Assembly (NCBI GenBank): GCA_017472065.1
Contig: JAFURB010000017.1
Location: forward strand, 5,887-69,886
Origin: Alphaproteobacteria bacterium
Lineage (GTDB): Bacteria; Pseudomonadota; Alphaproteobacteria; Rs-D84
Direction: 5' to 3'
Length of the DNA stretch: 64,000 nt
Shown: positions 17,474-28,463 of the stretch, piece by piece
Layout: each line of letters starts with the position of its first letter
Position numbering within the stretch: position 1 is the first letter of the stretch
Program-made: the position numbers and the translations under genes
The notes under the pieces: model-generated
What the model saw: only the letters and a program-made list of their open reading frames with translations
Databases searched by the model: none
Told to the model about the DNA's origin: nothing

Positions 17474-20242
17474 ATGCTGACGTTAATTGATGGCAATTCA
17501 TTGTTATTTCGTGCTTATTACGGTGTACACAGTCGCCTGACACGAACCGACGGTACGCCAACCGGCGCTGTTTATGGTTTTTTGAACATGATTTTGCCTA
17601 TTTTATCTGCCGCAAAGACAGACGATAAATTCGTGTGCATCTTTGATGCATCGCGCACTACATTTCGTATGGATATTTACCCCGAATACAAAGCCAACAG
17701 AAGTGAGACACCTGCGGACTTGATATCGCAATCATTATTGGTGCGCGAATGCCTGGCTGCATTGGGCATGCCGGTTCTATGCATCCCCGGGGTCGAAGCA
17801 GACGATGTCATCGCAACATTGGCGAAAAATAACTGCAATACCCCCCGCGCCACCCGAATAATCACCAGTGACAAAGACTTGATGCAACTGGTATCGGACT
17901 GTGTATTTTTATACGACGGGATGAAGGGCATTGAAATACACACCCCCCAGGTTCTGGAAAAATTTGGTGTTCGCCCAGACCAGGTTATTGATGTTCAATC
18001 CCTTATGGGCGATTCATCTGATAATGTTCCAGGCGTCCCTGGGATTGGTCCCAAAAAAGCCACCGAATTAATCAACCAATTCGGCAATCTGGATAATTTG
18101 TATGCAAACCTGAACGATGTAAAAAATGAACGCATACGCGGTCTGTTACGCGACAACCGCGAAATGGCATATATTTCCAAACAATTGGTTACATTAAAAT
18201 CAGATGTTGATTTAGACAAATTAACTATTAACCCATTTGTGTTTAATACACCAGGCGCACTGGATTTTGTAAAAAATAAAATAGAAAGCAATTCTTTGGC
18301 GACAAAAATCGAAAAATTGTTTCCAATTGAAAAATTCAGCCCCACAACCGACATATTTTCATACAAAAAATCTGTGTGTGATGTACCACCCCAACCGACC
18401 ACATTACCCACACCACCGAAACGCGAAATAACATACGAAACAATAACAACACCCGACGAACTTGATAAATTCTTGGGGCGCGTATCGGGTGCAATTGCGA
18501 TTGATACCGAAACCACCGGACTAAATCCAATGACCGACAAAATTGTTGGCATATGTATCGCGGCCGATGACACACATGGGGCATATATTCCAATTCGTCA
18601 TCGTTCAACCGCCAACGATTTGTTTGGTGGTGATGTACCTGCCCCGAACCAGTTATCAATTGACACGGTATATAAAAAAATCTGGCCAATATTTACCAAC
18701 ACAAACATTGTAAAGGTTGGACACAACCTGAAATACGATTTTCACATCATGGAAAACGAAGGCTGGGACACAACAAAAATCCGCCCATTTGATGACACGA
18801 TGCTGTTGTCATACATATTGCACGGAACATTGCATGGGCATGGCTTGGATGAACTGGCACTGAAATATTTGAACCATGAAAATATTAAATTTGCATCCCT
18901 GTTCGCGCCAAAAACGCGCGATGCCGACATGCATTTTGACATGTTGCCGATTGATGCAGCAACCCCATATGCCGCCGAAGATGCTGTAATAACAATGGCA
19001 CTTTATAGCCACATGCGTCCACAACTGGATTCAAATGACAAACTGCACCAATTGTATGAAACATGTGATTTGCCATTGATGCCAATTTTGATGAAAATGG
19101 AACGCAATGGTGTAATGGTCGACCGAAACAAGTTACAACAATTATCCACTATCTTTCATGACCAGTTAACAACACTGCAAAATGAAATCTGGGAACTAGC
19201 CGGTCACGAATTTAATATCGCCAGTCCAAAACAACTGGGCACCATTTTATACGATGAAATGGGATTACCAGCGAACAAAAAACGTTCCACCGATGCAGAT
19301 TCATTAAACGAACTGATTGACAACCATCCAATTATCGAAAAAATACTAAATTGGCGCTCTATTGCAAAGCTAGCCGGAACATACGCAGACGCATTACCGC
19401 GCCAAATTGCAGCCGACGGCCGTATTCATACCACATATCTGCAAACCAGTACCAACACCGGCCGCCTGTCCAGTCGCGATCCAAACCTGCAAAATATTCC
19501 AATAAAGACCAAATTGGGCGAAGAGATTCGCAAATGCTTTGTTGCGCCAACGGGTCGCACCCTGATATCGGTTGATTATTCCCAGATTCAGTTGCGTCTG
19601 CTGGCTGATGTTGCAAACATCGCTACTTTCCGTGAAACATTTATCGCCGGCACCGACATTCACGAACAAACCGCCCGTAAAATTTTTGACATTGCATCTG
19701 ATGCGCCCGTACCGCGTGATTTGCGCCGTGCGGCCAAGACGGTCAACTTTTCAATCATATATGGAATTTCATCATTTGGTCTGGCTGGACAATTGGGAAC
19801 ATCGCGCGCCGCAGCCCAGAATATAATCAACACATATATGTCTGGCTTACCCGAAATCCAGGAATATATCGATGCAACAAAACAGTTTGCATCAGAAAAT
19901 GCATGTGTTTATACCCCATGGGGTCGTCGCATAGAATTGCCAGAGGCACGCAACCCCCGCATGCGCGCATACGCGATGCGTGCGGCAATCAACGCCCCAA
20001 TCCAGGGATTCGAAGCAGATCTGATGCGGCGCACAATGGTTGAAATCGATAAAAATATAATCCAACCGAATTCAAACCAAATCCGCATGATTATGCAGGT
20101 TCATGATGAAATCGTATTTGAATGCAACACAGAATCCGCCGACACATTTGCGAAACAAATTAAATCTGCCATGGAAAATGTCACCAAGTTATCCGTACCA
20201 TTGGTGGCCGAATATGTAATTGCACCGGTCTGGGGGAAATAA
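17474..20242 (+). CDS. polA: DNA polymerase I
   Basis: 5'-nuclease N-terminus MLTLIDGNSLLFRAYYG. 3'-5' exo region. Pol motifs DYSQIQLRLLA and QVHDEIVFE. Confidence 0.95.
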   Translation: MLTLIDGNSLLFRAYYGVHSRLTRTDGTPTGAVYGFLNMILPILSAAKTDDKFVCIFDASRTTFRMDIYPEYKANRSETPADLISQSLLVRECLAALGMPVLCIPGVEADDVIATLAKNNCNTPRATRIITSDKDLMQLVSDCVFLYDGMKGIEIHTPQVLEKFGVRPDQVIDVQSLMGDSSDNVPGVPGIGPKKATELINQFGNLDNLYANLNDVKNERIRGLLRDNREMAYISKQLVTLKSDVDLDKLTINPFVFNTPGALDFVKNKIESNSLATKIEKLFPIEKFSPTTDIFSYKKSVCDVPPQPTTLPTPPKREITYETITTPDELDKFLGRVSGAIAIDTETTGLNPMTDKIVGICIAADDTHGAYIPIRHRSTANDLFGGDVPAPNQLSIDTVYKKIWPIFTNTNIVKVGHNLKYDFHIMENEGWDTTKIRPFDDTMLLSYILHGTLHGHGLDELALKYLNHENIKFASLFAPKTRDADMHFDMLPIDAATPYAAEDAVITMALYSHMRPQLDSNDKLHQLYETCDLPLMPILMKMERNGVMVDRNKLQQLSTIFHDQLTTLQNEIWELAGHEFNIASPKQLGTILYDEMGLPANKKRSTDADSLNELIDNHPIIEKILNWRSIAKLAGTYADALPRQIAADGRIHTTYLQTSTNTGRLSSRDPNLQNIPIKTKLGEEIRKCFVAPTGRTLISVDYSQIQLRLLADVANIATFRETFIAGTDIHEQTARKIFDIASDAPVPRDLRRAAKTVNFSIIYGISSFGLAGQLGTSRAAAQNIINTYMSGLPEIQEYIDATKQFASENACVYTPWGRRIELPEARNPRMRAYAMRAAINAPIQGFEADLMRRTMVEIDKNIIQPNSNQIRMIMQVHDEIVFECNTESADTFAKQIKSAMENVTKLSVPLVAEYVIAPVWGK

Positions 20243-20305
20243 TTTTTCTTTACCATTTTTTACAATAACGATTTGAAATTAGTGCAAATAAACCTAAAAA
20301 ACAAT

Positions 20306-20335
20306 GTCGAAAACAAACGGTGATTTGTTTTCGAC
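20306..20335. terminator. 12-bp perfect hairpin (gtcgaaaacaaa-cggtga-tttgttttcgac), part of duplicated upstream module copy 1
   Basis: Perfect inverted repeat. The T-tract (attgtttttt) follows on the minus strand. It may also end polA transcription. Confidence 0.5.
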
Positions 20336-20348
20336 TTCCTTTACACGC

Positions 20349-20415
20349 ATTTTATCCCAGTTTTTAGCCCCCTGTCAACCCGATTTTATGCCGAATCCAA
20401 AGGACCGTTTTCCTA
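20349..20415. promoter_or_regulatory. conserved upstream module copy 1 (about 67 nt, near-identical to 41527..41593 reverse-complemented)
   Basis: attttatcccagtttttagccccctgtcaacccgattttatgccgaatccaaaggaccgttttccta. On the minus strand it contains TTGACA (20373..20378), an 18-nt spacer and TAAAAT (20349..20354). Confidence 0.6.
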
Positions 20416-20445
20416 TCAATGTAAAAAATTCAGAAAGGGGGAAAA

Positions 20446-21228
20446 ATGAAGAAATTATTGTTATTTAGTTGCTTATTACTAATCTCATTATCGGCAAATG
20501 GCGCCACATCTGTAACATTATATGTTGCTGCAAACTGTGCAACCACCTCTAATAGTGCTGCCCAGGGTTTTTGTGACGGAACCTACTCTGCTTGTTCTTC
20601 ATCGGGACCAAATGTAGTCGCTGGTACCTCATATTCCAGCTATATTAACTGTGGTCGTATTTATAGTGAATCACTTGGCAGATACGCAATTCTATGTTTT
20701 GATGCCAATACCACTGATAGCACTGCTTCCACGAAATTATGCAATTGGTTTGCGGGCGATGGTGGTTGCAACGATAATTACCTGGGTACAACACCAACAG
20801 GTGTGTCATTTATGGGCAGTGCAATTGGCAAAACTGTCACGGTATACCCCGATCAAATAGAATGTTGCCAAACATGTACTGGATATACATATACAACATA
20901 TTTAAGTGGATCTGTAGAGAGACAGCAAAAAAACACCTGTTCAACTGATGGTACATGTGCAGGTTCAACCGTAGCCGCGTATGGTTCTTATTACTGCGAT
21001 AATGGATATTATAGCGCCAATGGCACCGCAACGGTCAACAACACATCCAATCCAAACAACCTGCAATGCACATCATGCGCCAATCTGCAAAGTGGATTGA
21101 CCCAAGATGACGTGTCCAGCCCCCAGAAATCAACATCACCAACCGATTGTTATATTCCATCTGGACATCCATTGACTGATTCTTTGGGTACATATGAATA
21201 TACCAGCAATTGCAATTATTCATCATAA
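20446..21228 (+). CDS. secreted cysteine-rich protein (260 aa)
   Basis: Signal peptide MKKLLLFSCLLLISLSANGA. GGGGGA RBS. Many Cys (CTSCANLQSG, CDNGYYSANG). C-terminus homologous to that of 40514..41506. Confidence 0.75.
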   Translation: MKKLLLFSCLLLISLSANGATSVTLYVAANCATTSNSAAQGFCDGTYSACSSSGPNVVAGTSYSSYINCGRIYSESLGRYAILCFDANTTDSTASTKLCNWFAGDGGCNDNYLGTTPTGVSFMGSAIGKTVTVYPDQIECCQTCTGYTYTTYLSGSVERQQKNTCSTDGTCAGSTVAAYGSYYCDNGYYSANGTATVNNTSNPNNLQCTSCANLQSGLTQDDVSSPQKSTSPTDCYIPSGHPLTDSLGTYEYTSNCNYSS

Positions 21229-21232
21229 ATAT

Positions 21233-21268
21233 AAAAATCCCCCCAGGAAGGAATGGGGGGGATTTTTC
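21233..21268. terminator. bidirectional intrinsic terminator
   Basis: atcccccc-aggaaggaat-ggggggat flanked by A- and T-tracts; lies between convergent genes. Confidence 0.7.
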
Positions 21269-21289
21269 AGCCAATGCGACAAGTGGGTT

Positions 21290-22561
21290 CTATGCCGCTT
21301 TTTTGGCATCTGCCAAGATTTCAACCGGTGGCTTTTTTCCACAAACCACATCTGCATCGATAACGATTTCAACCAAATCTTCGTTATCTGGTGCATCAAA
21401 CATCGGTTGCATCAAAACACGTTCCAGAATACCGCGCAGACCGCGTGCGCCTGTTTTACGCGCAACGGCCATCTTCGCAATTTCACGCAATCCGTCATCA
21501 GTTATGGTCAATTTAACATCGTCCATTTCCAGCATTGCTACAAACTGCTTTACAACTGCATTTTTCGGTTCTGTTAAAATTTTCACCAACGCATCTTCGT
21601 CCAATTCGCGCAGTGTCGTAATCACCGGCAAACGCCCAACCAGTTCTGGGATAATTCCAAATTTCACCAAATCTTCGGGTTGAACATCGCTAATATAACT
21701 TTTTTCTTCGCGTTCTTTTTTGGATTCTACATTTGCCCCAAATCCAATTCCACGGCGTGCAGACGAACGATTTGCAATAATCTTGTTTAATCCATCAAAC
21801 GCCCCGCCACAGATAAACAGAATCTTGCTGGTATCTAATTGCACGGTTGCTTCGCCTGGGTGTTTGCGCCCTGCGCCACCGGCTGGAACATTTGCAACGG
21901 TGCCTTCGATTAATTTTAATAATGCCTGTTGAACCCCTTCGCCGGAAACATCACGGGTCAGCGATGGATTTTCAGATTTTCGTGAAATCTTGTCAATTTC
22001 GTCGATATAGATAATTCCACGCGATGCACGTTCCACATCAAAATTGGCATTTTGCAGCAAACGCGTCAAAACACTTTCCACATCGTCGCCGACATATCCA
22101 GCCTCGGTCAATGTGGTTGCATCTGCGATTGCGAACGGCACATCTAAAATGCGCGCCAATGTCTGGGCAAACAATGTTTTACCGGTACCCGTTGAACCGA
22201 CCAACAAAACATTAGACTTTTGAATTTCAACATTTGATGCAGATGCCACACTGTGCCGTTTATAGTGATTATAAACCGCCACCGACAGTGTGCGTTTTGC
22301 TTCGTCCTGGCCAATGATATAATCGTTCAAGAAATTATATATCTGGCGCGGGGTTGGCAACTTTGCCGCATCACGATTAATTTCATTTTTAACATCATCA
22401 GCCATGATATCATTGCACAGGTTAATACACTCGTCACAGATGCACACATTGCGTCCACTGACCAGTTTTTTAACCTCGTACACGGCCTTGCCACAGAAAC
22501 TACAGAATTGATTATTATTTTCTGCCTGTGTTGGTGTTGATGTTACTTTATCGTCACTCAT
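21290..22561 (-). CDS. clpX: ATP-dependent Clp protease ATP-binding subunit ClpX
   Basis: N-terminal zinc finger CSFCGK...CICDEC. Walker A GSTGTGKT. Confidence 0.95.
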   Translation of the reverse strand: MSDDKVTSTPTQAENNNQFCSFCGKAVYEVKKLVSGRNVCICDECINLCNDIMADDVKNEINRDAAKLPTPRQIYNFLNDYIIGQDEAKRTLSVAVYNHYKRHSVASASNVEIQKSNVLLVGSTGTGKTLFAQTLARILDVPFAIADATTLTEAGYVGDDVESVLTRLLQNANFDVERASRGIIYIDEIDKISRKSENPSLTRDVSGEGVQQALLKLIEGTVANVPAGGAGRKHPGEATVQLDTSKILFICGGAFDGLNKIIANRSSARRGIGFGANVESKKEREEKSYISDVQPEDLVKFGIIPELVGRLPVITTLRELDEDALVKILTEPKNAVVKQFVAMLEMDDVKLTITDDGLREIAKMAVARKTGARGLRGILERVLMQPMFDAPDNEDLVEIVIDADVVCGKKPPVEILADAKKAA

Positions 22562-22575
22562 CGTACTAAATCCAA

Positions 22576-23163
22576 TTACTTACGTTCCAAAATACCGTCG
22601 ATTAAACCGAAATCTTTTGCCTCTTGCGGACACATCCAGTTATCGCGTTCCATTGCCTCGAACAGTTCTTTTTCTTTTTTACCTGTAAACTCGGCCATCT
22701 GTTTAATCAATGTCTTTTTATTTTTCTGATACTGGGTCAGGCGAATTTCCATATCTGTGATCTGCCCTTCTGCGCCGGCCAATGGCTGATGAATCATGAT
22801 CTGTGTATTTGGCAATACGAAACGTTTGCCCTTTTCACCGGCGGCCAACAAAACAGACCCCATTGATGCAACCAGTCCCATACCAATTGTTGATACCGGT
22901 GCCTTGATATATTGCATAGTATCCATAATTGCCCAACCGGCGGAAACATCACCACCCGGCGAATTTATATACATTGAAATTTCCGCATTTGGATTTTCAG
23001 ATTCCAAGAACAGCAACTGGGCCACAATACTGTTTGCCATCGTGGGCTCAATCTCTCCGCCCACCACAATAATACGATCACGCAACAGCCGGGAATAAAT
23101 ATCAAACGAACGTTCCCCGCGTGGTGATTCTTCGATAACCATTGGTATTAATGCCATAACCAA
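22576..23163 (-). CDS. clpP: ATP-dependent Clp protease proteolytic subunit
   Basis: [31 protein letters not shown] (catalytic Ser) and MIHQP (His). Confidence 0.95.
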   Translation of the reverse strand: MVMALIPMVIEESPRGERSFDIYSRLLRDRIIVVGGEIEPTMANSIVAQLLFLESENPNAEISMYINSPGGDVSAGWAIMDTMQYIKAPVSTIGMGLVASMGSVLLAAGEKGKRFVLPNTQIMIHQPLAGAEGQITDMEIRLTQYQKNKKTLIKQMAEFTGKKEKELFEAMERDNWMCPQEAKDFGLIDGILERK

Positions 23164-23397
23164 TTTCCTTTTTTGTTCACAAGTTAAAGTATATCACACA
23201 AAAACCCGATTCGCGAATTTTACAATATATATATAATGTTTTTATATTTTTTCAACCCTATACACAATTGACAAAAAACACACATCCCGTACAGACATTA
23301 TAAAAAGCACTTGATTTTTGTGAAAAATTGTTCATAATTGGACACGTTCCTGCTAATAACAATGGTGTTATTGGCTATTAAGACCAAAGGAAATAAA

Positions 23398-23736
23398 ATG
23401 GCTTACTACGAAAGTGTCTTGGTTTTCCGCCAGGACCTGACCGAACCGCAGGTAAAAGAAAAAGCGGCTAAATTTAGCGAAATCATCAAAGAATTGGGCG
23501 GTGATGTAAAATCCACAGAATTCTGGGGTTTGAAAAACTTGGCCTATATCATTCGTAAAAACCGCAAGGCACACTATGTCATGCTGAATATCGAATTAGA
23601 TGGTTCACAAATCAACGAATTGGAACGTCGCGCCCGTATTGACGAAGACGTTATCCGTTTCTTGAATGTCCGTGTTGACGAATTGTCATCAACACCTTCT
23701 ATCATGATGAAAAAGAATACAGAGGAGGCAGAATAA
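23398..23736 (+). CDS. rpsF: 30S ribosomal protein S6
   Basis: [14 protein letters not shown]... from ATG 23398 with an AAAGGA RBS; the ORF-track start 23338 is rejected. Confidence 0.9.
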   Translation: MAYYESVLVFRQDLTEPQVKEKAAKFSEIIKELGGDVKSTEFWGLKNLAYIIRKNRKAHYVMLNIELDGSQINELERRARIDEDVIRFLNVRVDELSSTPSIMMKKNTEEAE

Positions 23737-23963
23737 TGGCAGTCCGTGCAGCAATTTATCGTAAAAAATCTAACCCATTAAAGGGCAAGGTTATCGATTA
23801 CAAAGATATCAAAACATTGTCACATTATATCACAGAACGTGGTAAAATCGTGCCATCACGCATCAGCGGTGTTTCCCAGAAAGATCAACGCGCATTGGCG
23901 ACTGCCATCAAACGCGCACGTCATTTGGGCTTGATGCCGTTCGTTCGCAACAATTTGGGTTAA
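23736..23963 (+). CDS. rpsR: 30S ribosomal protein S18
   Basis: [39 protein letters not shown]; ATAATG overlap with rpsF. Confidence 0.9.
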   Translation: MAVRAAIYRKKSNPLKGKVIDYKDIKTLSHYITERGKIVPSRISGVSQKDQRALATAIKRARHLGLMPFVRNNLG

Positions 23964-23994
23964 TCCCTAACTTATAAAACAATAAGGACAGATT

Positions 23995-24594
23995 ATGAAA
24001 GTTATCTTGACAGAAAAAATTAACAAACTGGGTAATATCGGCGACACAGTCGAAGTAAAGACAGGTTTTGCACGTAACTATCTGTTACCAAACGGCAAAG
24101 CAATGCGTTTCACACGTGAAAACGTTGCCCTGTTCGAAGCAAAGAAAGCCGAATTGACAGCCCGCCAAGAAGCGGCCAAGAAATCAGCAGAATCAAATGT
24201 TGATGCAGTTAAAAATGCAAAACTGCACATGATTCGCCAGGCTGGTGACACAGGCCAATTGTATGGTTCTGTATCAACACGTGACATCGCACGCATGTTA
24301 AAAGAAGTTGCCGGTGTTTCTGTTGAATCCGCCCAGGTTATGTTGGGTGCGCCAATTAAATCTGTTGGTGCGTTTGACACAAAAATCGCATTACATGCAG
24401 ATGTTATCGTTCCGGTTAAGATTTATGTCGCTCAAACCCAGGACGAAATCGATGCATTGGTTGCAGGTAAAACTTTGACATTCGGCACCAAAAAGGTTGA
24501 AGAAGTCGAAGAAGCCCCAGCAGCAGAAGCAGCAACTGAAGAAGTTGCCGCCGAAGATGTTGCCGAAGCAACCACTACAACAGATGCAGAATAA
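23995..24594 (+). CDS. rplI: 50S ribosomal protein L9 with acidic C-terminal extension
   Basis: MKVILTEKINKLGNIGDTVEVKTGFARNYLLPNGKA. Confidence 0.9.
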   Translation: MKVILTEKINKLGNIGDTVEVKTGFARNYLLPNGKAMRFTRENVALFEAKKAELTARQEAAKKSAESNVDAVKNAKLHMIRQAGDTGQLYGSVSTRDIARMLKEVAGVSVESAQVMLGAPIKSVGAFDTKIALHADVIVPVKIYVAQTQDEIDALVAGKTLTFGTKKVEEVEEAPAAEAATEEVAAEDVAEATTTTDAE

Positions 24595-24617
24595 TTTTTC
24601 TGTAAATCAAATAAAAA

Positions 24618-24641
24618 ATCCCGGCAACGCCGGGATTTTTA
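24618..24641 (+). terminator. intrinsic terminator after rplI
   Basis: atcccggc-aac-gccgggat followed by T5. Confidence 0.75.
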
Positions 24642-24661
24642 TTAAACAGAATAGTTTAGAT

Positions 24662-24719
24662 AAAAACGAAACCGATGGCGAAGTGTACAAACGCTACATG
24701 AGCCATCGGTTTCGTTTTT
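24662..24719. terminator. long hairpin (about 17-bp stem, 22-nt loop) downstream of clpB
   Basis: aaaacgaaaccgatggc ... gccatcggtttcgtttt with T-tracts on both strands. Confidence 0.65.
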
Positions 24720-24743
24720 AGATGAATTATTATATTTAATTTT

Positions 24744-26801
24744 TTACCCGACAGTTAATTCTTTGCCTTTTACATCGATAAAGACGGTACTGCCTTCGCC
24801 AATTGTCCCGTTCAGGATTAAATCAGCCACCTTGTCTTCGACCGCGGTTGTAATTAATCGTTTTAATGGACGCGCACCGAACACGGCATCATATCCATTA
24901 TCCCCCAACCACTTAATCGCCTTGTCAGTGATATTCAGTTCAATTCTGTGTTCTGCCAAACGTTTTTCCAGTCCACGCAATTGGATTTTGACAATCCCTG
25001 ACATAACATCTTTGCCCAACGGGTTAAAGAATACGATTTCATCGATTCGATTTATAAATTCAGGACGGAAATTGTGCTTTACCGCATCCATATCCGGCAG
25101 GTTGCTGGTCATGATAATAATTGTGTTGGTAAAATTCACAACATGTCCCTGGCCATCGGTCAAGCGCCCATCATCCAGAATCTGCAAAAATACATTAAAC
25201 ACATCTGGATTTGCCTTTTCGATTTCATCGAATAATAAAACCTGGTACGGGCGACGGCGCACACTTTCGGTCAGCACCCCACCCTGTTCATATCCGACAT
25301 ATCCTGGGGGACTGCCAATCAGGCGTGAAACAGAATGTGGTTCCATATATTCACTCATATCGATTCGCGTCATTGCCGTATCGTCATTAAACAGATATTC
25401 TGCCAGGGCCTTTGCGACCTCGGTCTTGCCAACGCCGGTGGGGCCTAAGAACATAAAACTGCCCGATGGGCGGCGCGGATCGGATAATCCCGCACGGGAA
25501 CGGCGAATCGCACGCGCAACAACCCCCAATGCATGATCTTGGCCAACGACGCGTTTACGCAATTCATCTTCGATATTTAGTAATTTTGACTGTTCTTCGA
25601 TACTTAATCTGTCTGCCGGTACACCAGTCCATTTACTGACAACCGCCGCAATATGTTCTGGTAACACAGTCTTATATTCGCGCGATTCCGCGTTCATTTT
25701 TGCAATTTCTTCTTCCAATTCTGGAATTTTGCCATATTGCAATGCCGATGCCTTTTCATAGTCACCATTTCGCATGGCGGTTGCAACCTCGGCCTTGGCC
25801 GCATCCAGTGCCGCCATCGCATCCGACAGCCCACGCATCTTTTGCTGATCCGCGCGCCACGCAGCGGTTTGCGTTGCCGATTCGTTTTCTAATTCCGCAA
25901 TCAGTTTTTCTAAATCTTTCAGTCGTTTTTTCGATTCGTCATCTTTTTCTTTTTTCAACGCCTGTTGTTCTATTTTCAGTTGCATTAAATGTCTGTCAAC
26001 TTCATCCAGACGTTCTGGCTTTGATGCGATTTCGATTCGAACACGGGCCGCCGCTTCGTCGATTAAGTCAATTGCCTTGTCCGGCAAGAAACGATCTGTA
26101 ATATACCGATTCGATAACTTTACCGCCGACACCAGCGCACTGTCCGCGATTCGCACCCCATGATGGCCTTCGTACTTTTCTTTTAATCCACGCAGGATTG
26201 AAATCGTATCATCAACGGTCGGTTCATCAACATAGACCGGTTGAAAACGACGCGCCAACGCTGGATCTTTTTCAATATATTGACGATATTCATCCAATGT
26301 TGTCGCACCCAAACAATGTAATTCCCCACGTGCCAACATCGGCTTTAACAGGTTTCCGGCATCCATACTGCCTTCACCTTTGCCGGCACCAACCAATGTG
26401 TGTAATTCATCAATAAACAGAATAATTTCACCATTTGAATCTTTGACGGCTTTCAAGATTGCCTTTAATCGGCCCTCGAATTGGCCACGATACATTGCAC
26501 CCGCCATCAACGCCCCCATATCCAGGGACAATAACTTTTTCTTTTGCAGATTTTCCGGCACATCACCCATAATAATGCGCGTAGCCAGCCCTTCGATAAT
26601 GGCGGTTTTACCCACCCCCGGATTACCAATCAAAACCGGGTTATTTTTGGTTCTGCGTGTTAAAACCTGAACCGTGCGTCGAATTTCATCTTCGCGCCCG
26701 ATAACAGGGTCTAATTTTCCATCCGCCGCCAGTTTTGTAAAATCCGTTGTATAACGTTCAATTGCCTGCTGGGGCGTTTCTTGCATTTCTTCTGGATTCA
26801 T
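24744..26801 (-). CDS. clpB: ClpB-type disaggregase lacking the N-terminal domain (685 aa)
   Basis: Two AAA+ modules ([16 protein letters not shown]) with a coiled-coil middle domain. The first Walker A Lys is at residue 65. Confidence 0.9.
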   Translation of the reverse strand: MNPEEMQETPQQAIERYTTDFTKLAADGKLDPVIGREDEIRRTVQVLTRRTKNNPVLIGNPGVGKTAIIEGLATRIIMGDVPENLQKKKLLSLDMGALMAGAMYRGQFEGRLKAILKAVKDSNGEIILFIDELHTLVGAGKGEGSMDAGNLLKPMLARGELHCLGATTLDEYRQYIEKDPALARRFQPVYVDEPTVDDTISILRGLKEKYEGHHGVRIADSALVSAVKLSNRYITDRFLPDKAIDLIDEAAARVRIEIASKPERLDEVDRHLMQLKIEQQALKKEKDDESKKRLKDLEKLIAELENESATQTAAWRADQQKMRGLSDAMAALDAAKAEVATAMRNGDYEKASALQYGKIPELEEEIAKMNAESREYKTVLPEHIAAVVSKWTGVPADRLSIEEQSKLLNIEDELRKRVVGQDHALGVVARAIRRSRAGLSDPRRPSGSFMFLGPTGVGKTEVAKALAEYLFNDDTAMTRIDMSEYMEPHSVSRLIGSPPGYVGYEQGGVLTESVRRRPYQVLLFDEIEKANPDVFNVFLQILDDGRLTDGQGHVVNFTNTIIIMTSNLPDMDAVKHNFRPEFINRIDEIVFFNPLGKDVMSGIVKIQLRGLEKRLAEHRIELNITDKAIKWLGDNGYDAVFGARPLKRLITTAVEDKVADLILNGTIGEGSTVFIDVKGKELTVG

Positions 26802-26833
26802 TTTGTATCCTTTTATTTTTTCTTTTACCCCTT

Positions 26834-26861
26834 ATATAGTGCCAAAAATCCCCCTTTCAAG
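26834..26861 (-). promoter_or_regulatory. candidate RpoH (sigma32)-type promoter of clpB
   Basis: Minus strand reads CTTGAAA-N15-CTATAT, about 30 nt upstream of the clpB ATG. Confidence 0.4.
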
Positions 26862-26937
26862 ACACAGGAACCAATCCCCCACCCCCACTTGCACCATGCA
26901 TAAAATTATACTATGCTGAAGTTATACGGGGGTGCAT

Positions 26938-28383
26938 ATGACAAATTTTTCCACATCTGATATTCAACAAATCGAATCGCATGGCCTGACGATTGATACA
27001 ATAAACAAACAATTAACAGACTTTCAAAATGGCTTTCCATATTCAAATATTGTATCTGCGTGTATCATTGGCAACGGCGCATTTAATTATGACGACCAAA
27101 TGGATAAATACATCGATATTTACAACCACGATTGCAATAAATACCGCATTGTAAAATTTGTACCTGCATCCGGTGCCGCCACCCGTATGTTCAAAGATTT
27201 ATTTGAATATTTATCCACGGGCCAAATGAATAAAACGACCCAAAACGTCCTGGATAACATTGAAAAATTTGCGTTTTGGGATGATTTGAAAAAAATATTG
27301 CCAAACAACGCAACCGACACTGATAAAATCAAATACCTGGTCACAGAAATCGGTCTTAATTATGGCAACAAACCCAAGGGATTATTACAGTTCCACAAAT
27401 ACCAAAACGAATCGCGCACCGCCATCGCCGAACATTTAATCGAAGGTGCGCTGTACGCACGCGCAAATGATACAGTCCGGATTCATTTCACCGTATCCCC
27501 CGAACACATGAACGGATTTCAAGAATTATTAGATAACCTGGTTCCAACATACGAAACAAAATTTGGCATCAAATACGAAATTTCTATGTCCACCCAGAAA
27601 AAACATACCGACACAATCGCGGTGAACATGGACAACACACCATTTCGCAACGAAGATGGCACATTACTGTTTCGACCGGCCGGCCACGGCGCATTAATTG
27701 CAAACCTGAACGATATTGACGCGGACATAGTCTTTATAAAAAACATTGATAATGTATGCCCAGATCATATGCGCGCCGACACCGTCACATATAAAAAATT
27801 AATCGGTGGCATCTTGATTGATATAAAAAATAAAATATTCGAATATTTACATGCACTGGATTCTGGTACCGCAGATATCAATGAAATATCTAAATTTGTA
27901 AAAGATACCCTGAATATCACATTGCACAGCACACCAACCACCGATACATTGTACGCGATATTAAACCGCCCAATTCGCATATGCGGTATTATCAAGAATA
28001 CCGGTGCACCCGGTGGCGGTCCGTTCTTGGTCCGCGATGCCAGTGGTCTGATAAGTCCGCAAATCGTTGAACCGGGTCAAATTGCGCCTGAAAAAATATC
28101 TATTCTGCACGATGGCGAATATTTCAGTCCAACCGACATCGCATGCTATATACGCGATTACCGCGGTTGTAAATTTAACTTGATTGAACATGTGGATGAA
28201 ACCGCCGGATTTATCAGCACTAAATCCAAAAATGGTCGCGATCTGCGCGCTATGGAACGTCCGGGTCTGTGGAACGGTGCAATGGCAAAATGGAACACAA
28301 TATTTGTCATAACACCATGCACCACATTTACCCCGGCCAAGACGATTATCGATTTAATAACGCCCGACCATTTGGCAAAATAA
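26938..28383 (+). CDS. DUF4301-like protein (sugar-nucleotidyltransferase-like)
   Basis: N-terminus SDIQQIESHGLTIDTINKQLTDFQNGFPY and KFVPASGAATRMFKDLF resemble my memory of the DUF4301 family. ATG 26938 with a GGGGG RBS preferred over GTG 26932. Confidence 0.5.
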   Translation: MTNFSTSDIQQIESHGLTIDTINKQLTDFQNGFPYSNIVSACIIGNGAFNYDDQMDKYIDIYNHDCNKYRIVKFVPASGAATRMFKDLFEYLSTGQMNKTTQNVLDNIEKFAFWDDLKKILPNNATDTDKIKYLVTEIGLNYGNKPKGLLQFHKYQNESRTAIAEHLIEGALYARANDTVRIHFTVSPEHMNGFQELLDNLVPTYETKFGIKYEISMSTQKKHTDTIAVNMDNTPFRNEDGTLLFRPAGHGALIANLNDIDADIVFIKNIDNVCPDHMRADTVTYKKLIGGILIDIKNKIFEYLHALDSGTADINEISKFVKDTLNITLHSTPTTDTLYAILNRPIRICGIIKNTGAPGGGPFLVRDASGLISPQIVEPGQIAPEKISILHDGEYFSPTDIACYIRDYRGCKFNLIEHVDETAGFISTKSKNGRDLRAMERPGLWNGAMAKWNTIFVITPCTTFTPAKTIIDLITPDHLAK

Positions 28384-28463
28384 GAAAAAAGTGAAAAGAT
28401 TACTTGACTTTTCTGTATTTTTGTTATAAATTTAGGCACGCTATTAATCAAAGGTAAAGTATT

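Noticed and set aside
23345-23397. Hairpin (aataaca-atgg-tgttatt) in the rpsF 5' UTR as an S6:S18 autoregulatory leader
   Set aside because: I could not find the conserved CCG-containing bulge I associate with that motif, so the call cannot be supported by eye.
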